Position numbers and translations under genes: made by a program. Source: an uncultured Actinomycetes bacterium (GTDB lineage: Bacteria; Actinomycetota; UBA4738; HRBIN12). From it: a stretch of 64,000 nt of DNA. Shown here piece by piece: positions 28,036 through 36,941 of this stretch. Within the stretch, counting starts at the first letter, position 1. The number at the start of each line of letters is the position of its first letter. The stretch lies in NCBI GenBank assembly GCA_963704885.1, contig CAVPIB010000004.1, positions 960,001 through 1,024,000 on the forward strand, in the 5' to 3' direction. The notes under the pieces were generated by a model. That model was given only the letters and a program-made list of their open reading frames with translations. It ran no database searches and was not told where the DNA came from.

Positions 28036-29726
28036 CCGGCCGTCGCGTCGCGGTGATCGGCGCCGGCATGACCAAGTTCGTTCGCCGTGCGCAGGAAACG
28101 GGCAAGGAGCTCTCGTGGCAGGCGGCGAGCGCTGCGCTTAGGTCGTGCGAGCTCTCGCTCGCCGATGTGGACATCGTATGCAGCGGAACGGCTCCCGACG
28201 CGTTCGACGGCGTGCATCGCAAGGGCGACTACCTGGCCGACGGGTGCGGCGCCGTGGGCAAGCCGTACATCCGCACCTACGTGGGCGGCGGCACCGGAGT
28301 GTTCGCGCCCATCCAGGGCTGGTACACGATCGCGTCCGGCATGGCCGACGTGGCCCTCGTGGTCTGCGAGGAGAAGATGTCGTCATGTCAGCCGCATCCG
28401 CAGGGCGCGTTCCTGACGATCTTCGACAACATCATCGAACGTCCGCTGGAACCGAACCTGCTCTGGATCTTCGCGCTCGAGATGAACCGCTACATGAACG
28501 CGTACGGGTTGGACAAGCGCGACATCGCCGAGGTCGCGGTGAAGAACAAGCGGAACGCGGTCGGCCATCCCGCGGCGCTGCTCGGACAGGCCGACATCAC
28601 CGTGGAGGACGTGTTGGCCTCCGAGGTGCTCGCGTGGCCGGTGCAGCGGCTGGACGTCTCACCGATCAGCGACGGCGCGGTGGCGATCGTGATGGCGTCG
28701 GAAGAGGTCGCACGCCGCCTGAGCCCCGCCCCGGTGTGGGTGCAGGGCGTCGGCTGGAACCTGGACACCACCTACTGGACCAACCGCGACCTGGTCTACC
28801 CCCAATACGTAGAGAACGCGGCGCGCATGGCCTACGACATGGCCGGCATCACCGAGCCGCGCAAGCAGATCAACATCGCCGAGCCCTACGACCCGTTCGA
28901 CTACAAGGAGCTGCACCACCTGGAAGGGCTGATGCTCTTCGACAAGGGGAAGGCGCCGGAAGCCGCGCGCGACGGCGTGACCGCGCGCGACGGCGACCTC
29001 CCATGCTGCCCATCCGGCGGCCTCCTCGGCGTGGGCAACCCGATCGCCGCCGCCGGGTTGATGAAGATCGCCGAGCTCTTCTGGCAGCTGCGCGGCGAGG
29101 CCGGCGCACGCCAGGTTCCGGGGACGCCCGAGCGCGGGGTGGCGCAGGCGTGGGGCGACCTGATGCAGGTGGGCACGGTCGTGGTGATGGGCGTCGACGC
29201 GCACGGAGGCGGAACCGGCGCGGCCGCGCTCCCGGAGAGCCATCCGCTATCCGACGCCGAGTTCCACGGTGCTGTCGGATCCGTGGACGACGCGCTCGAT
29301 ATCGCCTTCGAGTGGGACGCGGGCGAGGCGATGGGCGCGTTCCTGGAGGGGCTCCGCGACGGACGCATCGTGGCCACGTCCTGCGCCTCGTGCGAACGAA
29401 CGCTGGTGCCACCCCGCAAGTTCTGCGAACGCTGCTTCCGACCCGCGGACCGCTGGACCGAGGTCGAGGCGATCGGCGTCGTCGAGACGTTCTCGATCTG
29501 CCACGTGTCGTGGGACATGCGGGACCTGGATCCACCGGAGATCCCGGCCGTGATCAGGCTGAACGGGGCAAGCGACGGCGGGTTCCTGCACAAGCTGGGA
29601 GACGTGGCGCCCGACGACGTGCGGATCGGCATGCCGGTCGAGGCCGTGTGGCGCCCGCTCGCAAAACGCACCGGCTCGATCCTCGACATCGCGCACTTTC
29701 GTCCCGTCACGGAAGGAGGCGCCTGA
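28032..29726 (+). CDS. Thiolase-fold protein (Ltp3-like, no catalytic Cys) fused to a DUF35 Zn-ribbon/OB-fold domain
   Basis: APDAFDG, GKPYIRTYVGGGTG, SPISDGA, AEPYDPF and PSGGLLGVGNPI, then CASCERTLVPPRKFCERC and VRIGMPVEAVW. Confidence 0.85.
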   Translation: MTGRRVAVIGAGMTKFVRRAQETGKELSWQAASAALRSCELSLADVDIVCSGTAPDAFDGVHRKGDYLADGCGAVGKPYIRTYVGGGTGVFAPIQGWYTIASGMADVALVVCEEKMSSCQPHPQGAFLTIFDNIIERPLEPNLLWIFALEMNRYMNAYGLDKRDIAEVAVKNKRNAVGHPAALLGQADITVEDVLASEVLAWPVQRLDVSPISDGAVAIVMASEEVARRLSPAPVWVQGVGWNLDTTYWTNRDLVYPQYVENAARMAYDMAGITEPRKQINIAEPYDPFDYKELHHLEGLMLFDKGKAPEAARDGVTARDGDLPCCPSGGLLGVGNPIAAAGLMKIAELFWQLRGEAGARQVPGTPERGVAQAWGDLMQVGTVVVMGVDAHGGGTGAAALPESHPLSDAEFHGAVGSVDDALDIAFEWDAGEAMGAFLEGLRDGRIVATSCASCERTLVPPRKFCERCFRPADRWTEVEAIGVVETFSICHVSWDMRDLDPPEIPAVIRLNGASDGGFLHKLGDVAPDDVRIGMPVEAVWRPLAKRTGSILDIAHFRPVTEGGA

Positions 29727-30256
29727 TGGCGCGCACCGTCCACGGCGAGCTCCCGGTGGCGTTCCACTACACGCCAGGGTTGGGCAACACCGCCTTCTTC
29801 GAGGCACTCCGCGACCGGGGCGTGTTGCTCGGGTCAAGGTGCGAAGTGTGCGACTACACCTACCTCCCGGCGCGTGTCTTCTGCGAGCGCTGCTTCGCCG
29901 AGCTTCAGCCCGACACCGAGTGCGGCCCCGAGGGCACCCTCGAGTCCTTTACGGTCGGTCACGTCGACATCGACGGCGAGCCCTTGGAACAACCGGTCGT
30001 ACTCGGACTGATCAAGCTCGACGGCGCCGACACGGTGCTGATGCATCGCCTGGTCGGCCATGGCTCGTGGACGATAGGACAGCGCGTGGCGGCCGTATGG
30101 AAGTCAGATCGCAGCGGGTCCGTCCTCGACCTCGAGGGTTTCGCCGCCTCAGCTAGGCGAATCGCCCCGAGGGCGCCGTCAACTCTCGGGATCGATCGAC
30201 GCTTGGCGCCCAACGAATGCCCGGCCCCGGAATCTGGTCCGCTCCTTGTGTGGTGA
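29726..30256 (+). CDS. DUF35 Zn-ribbon/OB-fold protein (C-terminal tail possibly spurious)
   Basis: GSRCEVCDYTYLPARVFCERC, LIKLDGADT and IGQRVAAVW. SD GGAGG upstream. Confidence 0.85.
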   Translation: MARTVHGELPVAFHYTPGLGNTAFFEALRDRGVLLGSRCEVCDYTYLPARVFCERCFAELQPDTECGPEGTLESFTVGHVDIDGEPLEQPVVLGLIKLDGADTVLMHRLVGHGSWTIGQRVAAVWKSDRSGSVLDLEGFAASARRIAPRAPSTLGIDRRLAPNECPAPESGPLLVW

Positions 30257-30429
30257 GCAGCCGCGTGTGGGTGAGCAGCCGCTGACGACCTCCTCGATGG
30301 TCCCGGGTGAGTCTCCGTACGGCCGGCGAGCCGGTGATCGACTTGAATGGCAGAGAGGGAGGTGACTCTCATGCGCTGCCCTCCATACACTCACGAGCGC
30401 CCGGTCCGTCGAGGTGACAGTTAACGCCG

Positions 30430-30783
30430 TTACCCAATCACCCTAAGCTGCTCGCGACAGCTCGGACCGACCATTTCACGAAGGACCGAGCCCGGCTCTG
30501 GTGCCCGCGATATGAGCTCAAGGAAGGAAACCGAAATGAGCTCGACGACTTCGGCGTCACCTTCTGACATGCCCCGTTCAACGAAGGCAAGAAGTTCGAT
30601 GAGGCGCGTGGGCTGCCCTTCAGCCGAGCGCGAAAGCTCTGCCTCAGCCCACCGCTCGACATCGGCCAGAAGCACGTGGGGAAGGAGGCCGTCATAGAGA
30701 TCCAGATGCTCCTGCAACAACTCACCCAGCCAAGGATGCAGATAGGTCATCGCACCAATGAAGGAGAACTCGCTCGCCCTCAT
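30430..30783 (-). CDS. Putative cognate immunity protein of the RHS toxin
   Basis: 117-aa helical protein whose ATG overlaps the toxin stop (ATGA). Motifs LLPHVLLAD and ELISVSFLE. Confidence 0.75.
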   Translation of the reverse strand: MRASEFSFIGAMTYLHPWLGELLQEHLDLYDGLLPHVLLADVERWAEAELSRSAEGQPTRLIELLAFVERGMSEGDAEVVELISVSFLELISRAPEPGSVLREMVGPSCREQLRVIG

Positions 30784-33700
30784 AGTGTTAGTCCAAGAGC
30801 GTTCTGGAGGTCGTCGAGCAGTGACTGGGCGACGAGGCGATCGGCTTCGCTGAGATTGGTTTTCAAGATCGATCTGAGGGCGTTTGAGTACTGCAACGCC
30901 TTCATCGTGTGGAAGAGCCCGCCGGTGGGCTGTCCCGTGAGGATCTCGTTGCGTACGGCATCAGCCGTCGTTCCGGTGCCGACACGACCGGGGTTGGTCG
31001 TACCCCTGTAGAGGTCGTCAACCACGTTCTGGAGCCTCGGGTCAGTTACTACTGGCTTGGGCAGGATGTCATCTACAGCCGCGGTCTTCGCGGCACCGAT
31101 CCCACTCAGTTTCCCGAGCCCGACTGCGGTTACAACAAGGCTGGCGCTGCCGAGGGCACAACGCCAGATCCACGAGCCGAAGCTCGCGGTTCCATCGGAT
31201 CCGAAGCAGCCTTGAAGGTACCCGTAGGCAGGGTTCAGGTGCTCGTTGTACCAATCCAACAGCCCGCCCCACGAGAACGACATCCCGCTCGGGTCGCTCA
31301 TCACGGTCGGCCGTCCCCCGGCGAACGCGTAGGACGGGGTCTGGGAGGCAGGATCGTTCTCGAAGAAGCCCCCGGTCCCCGGGTCATACATGCGAGCTCT
31401 CAGGTTGTAGAAGCCGGTGGGGTCGCGGTACTCCCCGTCGAAGCCGCGGAAGTTCGCCGGTGGGGATCCGGTCTGGGTGGCGGTGCGGAAAGCTCCGTAG
31501 GGCTCGTAGGTGTATGTCCGTTGGGTCGCGCCAGCGGCGCTCGTGAGGTTCGCGACCGAGCCCATACCGTCTGACAGGAAGTAGCCGAACGCGGTGGGCG
31601 TGCCTTGGGAGATCAGGCCGTTGCCGTAGATGTAGCGGCGCAGCGTCGCCGTGGTGGACTCCACCGCGAGTTGGGGAACCGGGGCGTTCACGTCCCAGGC
31701 GTAGTTCGTGGTCGCGGCGGTTCCGACCTTGGAGGTGAGGCGGTTGCCGTCACCGTCGTAGGTGAACGTGGTGGCGACACCGCCCGAGGTGGTGGAGCGC
31801 ATCCGGTTGGTGAGGTCATGGGTGAACGTGCGTGTGCCCATCGCGGAGATGTTGCCGTCGGTGCCGTAGGTGAAGATCGTGGCGCCCCCGGGTGGGGTCC
31901 CGCAGCCGGAACCGCCCGTCGTTGATGACCAGCAGAGCTGGTTCACTGTGTTGTAGGCGTAGGTCGTTGTTGACGGGGTCGTCCCGAAGGCCTGCTTGGA
32001 CGTGATGTTGCCGACCGGATCGTAGGCATAGGCGATCTTGGTGAGCCCGGTTGATGCCGAGCACGGCGTTGGCGTCGTGTCGTAGCAGACCTGCTGGAGC
32101 CGGTCGTCGTTGAGGTACGTGTAGTTGATCGTCTCCGTCGGCGTGACCACCTTCGTGGGGTTGCCCACCGCGTCCAGGGTGTAGTTGAAGCTCGAGAGCG
32201 TGACGCCGCTGCGGATGTTCGTGAGGTTGGTGAGACGGTCTGCCTTGTCGTAGGTCGCCGTAGACACGAACCCGTTCGCGTTGGGAAGCGTCTTCGTGAT
32301 GGTGCCGGCCCCCACGTTGTAGGCGAACCTGGTGGAGGTCGTCGGAGCGGACCCGCACGAGGCCGTAGAGGTTCCCACGAACGCGTAGCAGAGGCGGTTG
32401 TGGCTGTCGTAGTTGTAGGAGGTCTTGGTCGCCGCGGAGTCTGGATAGGTCCTTCGGGTGAGATTCCCGGCGGCGTCGTAGATGTAGCTGAACTGGGGAG
32501 CCCCCGTCCCGGGACCGCGCTTGGCGGTGAGGAGCCGGTTCATCTTGTCGTAGGTGTAGTTCATGACGGCTGACGCGCCATCGGTCATGGTGGCCCTGTT
32601 CCCGGCGTTGTCGTAGGTGAACGAGACATTCGGGGTCGTCGGGGCGTTGCTGAAGGTGATCGAGGAGAGCCGGTCCATCTGGTCGTTGGTGCGGGTGATG
32701 GTGGCACCAGAAGGGAGCGTCTCGGTGACCTGACTGGTGGCGGGGTTGTAGAGCGAGTACTGCCACGTGTGAAGAGGATCGGTGACCAACTTCAGCTCGT
32801 TGTTGTCCCAGTACTGATAGCTCGTGATGTTGTTGTTCTGGTCCTTCACGGTGGCGATGTTCCCGTTGCCGTCGTACGTGAACGAGACCTTGCGGCCCAG
32901 CGGATCGTTGACCTCTTGCAGGCGTCCGCCAGGGAAGTAGGTGTAGGTCGTGAGGTGCAGGTTTGCATCCTGGACTGTGTACAAGGAGCCCGTTGGCTTG
33001 TAAGCGTACGTCGTCGTCTGGATCAGCGGATCCGTCACCGTGTTCAGCTGGTTGTTCGGGTAGTAGGTGTAGTTCCAGGTGTAGTCGGCCGGGAGGTTGG
33101 GCGAGGTGTTCCCCCGTGGAGTGACCATGCTCAACCGCCAGCCCGTGTTCACGTTGTACGTGTAGCTGGTAGCACCGGAGGGCGGGGCGTTGCATGCGTT
33201 CGGGGACGTCCCCACGAAGACCCAGCAGAGGTTGCCCTGTCCGTCGTAGCGATACGTGGTGACGTTGCCCGAGGATCGGTGACGGTCTCGAGCAGTTTCG
33301 AAGTTGGGTTGTATGTGTACAACTGCTTGTTCGCTTGCGTGGCCCCCGAGCATGTTGCGCCGGGCGCTGTTGGCAGGAGCACGCACGTGAGGTTCCCTGC
33401 CGCGTCGTACTCGTACCTCGTGACGTTGCCACGCCCATCGGTGAAACTGGTGACCTCGCTGAAGCTGTTGTAGGTGTACGACGTGGTGTTGCTGGTGAGC
33501 GGAGGGATGATCGTCAGCGAGGTCACGTGACCGTCCCCGGGGTCATCGTACGTGTAGTTGTAGACCCACAGCCGATTCCCGGGCCGCGTGATCTGCGTCG
33601 GGTTGTTGTGGATGTCATAGTTCGAGTACGTGGTTACGTTGTTGTTGGGGTCCGTCGAGCTGATCAACTTCCCGCCGTCATAGGAATCGATCCAGTCATG

Positions 33701-36700
33701 GCCGTTGTTGTCCGTGAAGGTAGTGACACCCGAATCGGATCCGGGGAACAGGGTCGAGTAGTAGCTGGTGTACTGGTTCGCATCGAGTTGAGAGATGACT
33801 GCGCCCGTGGCTAGGTCATACAGGTTGGCCACGACCGGCTGGTTGTTCTGATCCGTGATCTGCGCCAACTGCGCGCCGTTGTACGTGTAAGTCGTCGTTC
33901 CACCGCCGAGATCGTCGACGAACCTCAGCTGTCCGTTGACGAAGCGATACGTCACGGTTCGTCCACCAGGAAGGGTCATCACCGTGGTATCCGCGTTCGG
34001 GTATGAGAAATCGATCGTACGGTTCGCCGTGTCCGTAACGGAGTCAAGCTGTCCTGAGGAGTAGGAGAGCGTCAGGGCGTGGCCATTGCGATCGGTGATG
34101 GCGAGTAGTGCACCCACGGCGTTGAACCTGTAGACGGTGTGATCCGGTTGGGTGAGGAGATACTCGTTGCTGATGTTCTTCACGAGTGTGTCTCTCACCC
34201 CATCGCCGGACGTGTAGCTGGCTCCGGACTTCGTGAAGGTGAGTTCAGGCCCGTTCGGAAGGAAGGCGCGCACGTCGCCGTTCCCGAGGATCTCCAGGGA
34301 CGCGTCGAACGAGTCAGTCCACCCCACGCCGAATCGGCCAACATGAGGAAGCAGGGAGTTGTACCAACGCGTGAACACGAACGGCATCCCGATCCCCGGG
34401 ACGCTGGCATCGGTCGTGGACCACGAGAAGTTGCCGCTGGACGTATCGACAGGGTCTCCCCTGAGCGCCCGCGGCGTCGAGGCGTCGACGACCTGAGCGG
34501 GTCCGATCTCTTGTGCGAGCAAAGGAACGAACTTGACCCGCCGGAGCCGGTGGTTGCCCGAGTCCGCTATCCACAGATCCGTTCCATCCGACGCGAGACC
34601 GGTCACTTGCGAGAACTTCGCGCCATGCCAGGAATCGTCGCTCATCCCAGCTGAGCTGCCGACCAGGTTGCCGACCGCACCGGTCGCCTTCGTGATCCTC
34701 TCCACGCCGGTGTCTCCTGGGGCGGACACGTAGAGGAAGTCGCCCGCGGAGACCAGCTGACCGATCCCCGCGACCGCCGTGCAGAACCCCGGGATCGAGT
34801 AGATCGTGGTGGACCCGTCCGAGAGTTTGATCCTCAACAGATCGTTGCCGCACGGGAAGCTGGGCGTGATCGCCTCGGTGATCCACAGATGGGTCGCATC
34901 GGAGGTGATGGAGAGCCCTGATTTGTAGGTCGTGTACTGGTAGTAGTTCGTGACCGTCCCGTTGATGGGGTCCACGCGATAGACCCATGGCCCGTTCGAC
35001 GCGACGTACAGGTATCCGTCGGGGCCGTAGGTTAGCGAGCCCGTGACGGCCGAGGTGACGGTGGATGTGGCACCCGTCGAAAGGGACACGCGCCGGATGC
35101 CGCATTCCGGATCCGACAGGTAGAGGTAGTAGCCGTCCGAGTCCATGTCGCTGAGGATGAGCCCGGTGCCCCCTAACCGGACCTGGGCCGGATCAGCGCT
35201 GTCCACACAGCCCGTCGCGGTTGGGGACCCCGTCAGGGTCGTGACCTGTGCGGTCGCGAGGTCGATCCTCCGCACTGCCCCGATCGTGGAGAGATAGGCG
35301 GCACCATCCACGATGGTCGCTCCACCCAGATTCTTGAAGCTCGCAGCTGTTCCCCGTGCATCGACGGTAGCCGCAGTTCCATCGCCGGCGAACGTCGTGA
35401 CCCGCCGGGTAGATGTCGACCGTCGATTTGGCAGGCCGGACTCACTCTTCGGCAGAGCCGTATCGGCACGACATTGCGGAACCGATGGTTGCCGGAATCC
35501 AACAACCAGAGACTGGAACCGTCCGAGGCGACCCCTGTGATCTTGGAGAACCATGCGTCGGTCCCCGTTCAGTTCTGGTAGCCGACCCCGTGGTGCCCGC
35601 CGTCTGCACGATCGAGCCGTGGCCTTCGTGATCCGCTCTAACGCCGAGTCGGTGAGATTCGAGACGTAGAGGTAGTTCCCCGCGGAAGCGAGCTGGCTGA
35701 TCCCGGCGAGCTTCGGGCAGCTGCCGGACAGCGAGTAGAGCGTGGTCGAACCGTTGGCGAGCGTGATCCGAAGGAGATCGGTACCACACGGGAGCCCCTC
35801 GATCACCCAGAGGTACGACGAGTCGGCGGCGATGGAGATCCCGTACTTCGAGAACGTGTACTGGTAGTAGTTGGTCTTGGATCCCGTGGTGGTGTCGACC
35901 CGGTAGATGTACGAGCTGCCGGCGACATACAGGAAGCCGTCGGGGCCAACCGTGACGGAGCCAGTGGCCGTCGTGGTCAGCGTGGAAGTGGCACCGCTGG
36001 CTAGATCGATCTTGCGGATCCCGCATTCAGGATCAGACAGATACAGATACGTTCCATCGGAGTCCATGTCGCCCAGGTAGAGCCCGCTGCCACCGAATCT
36101 GACGGCGGTCGGGTCCGTGCTATCGACGCATCCGGTCGATGTGGGCGAGCCGGCGCGCGTCGTGACCTGGGCGGTCGCCAGGTCGACGCGTCGAACTGCC
36201 CCGGTTGTTGAGACGTAGGCGGCGCCCGACACAACGACCGACCCACCCATATCCTTGAAACTCGCGCCCGAGCCGGTGCCATCGACGGTTGCGGAAGTAC
36301 CACTTCCAGCGAACGTCGAGACCAGACCCGTTGCGATATCGACGTTGGTGTCTGCCGTGGGGAAGATGGAGTTGCCGTTGAGACGAAGCGATGCAGACGA
36401 AGTATCCGCCCGTCGAATGAGATGACGGATCCGAATCGATGTCCGATCGGAGCTGCGGGCGAGCTCAGGGGATGGATGGATCCCCGCCGCCATGATGGCC
36501 GTGGATGGTTCGCTGTTGCGCATCCGCTCCTTGAAACGTGAGGCAGCCTCCGAACGGCGTGCGGCATCCAACCCGTGATTGGCTGCCCGCTACGGGGTGA
36601 CGCGCGCTCGCGTCGTCTCAGCTATCGCAGGGACGGCGACCGAGACGACCAGCAGGCTGACGACCAAGGCAGCTCTGCGAAGGAAAGCCGATCGACCGAC

Positions 36701-36783
36701 TCGACGAGATTCGATCCCTGAAACCTGGCCGCAGTCTGGAGCGTCGAGCGGTGCCCCGGGCGCCGCGAACCACGAAATCCCAT
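30780..36783 (-). CDS. Secreted RHS/YD-repeat polymorphic toxin with two N-terminal beta-propeller (NHL-like) units; interrupted by frameshifts and one in-frame TAG
   Basis: Signal-like RRAALVVSLLVVSVAVPAIA (about 36680-36620), duplicated propeller units, GDPVDTSSGNF...FGVGW, many YD repeats, and the RHS core YTYEPYG...FDGEYRDPTGFYNLRARMYDPGTGGF...PTVMSDPSG followed by a variable C-terminus. ORFs 33149-36571 and 30780-33386 join at a frameshift near 33270. The start is uncertain (ATG 36783 has an SD-like sequence). Confidence 0.85.
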
Positions 36784-36941
36784 CGGATCTCTCCCCCTCG
36801 TGTTCGGCGATGCGGGCGCTGCGGACGCTAGCGCTCTTCTTGACAGCTGACAAAACCCGCAGTACAGGACCACCTCAAGAGACCCTGGGAGAGGCTCAGG
36901 TCACTGATTCGCGGACACTTGAGGCTTGTGTTCTCCGATGA

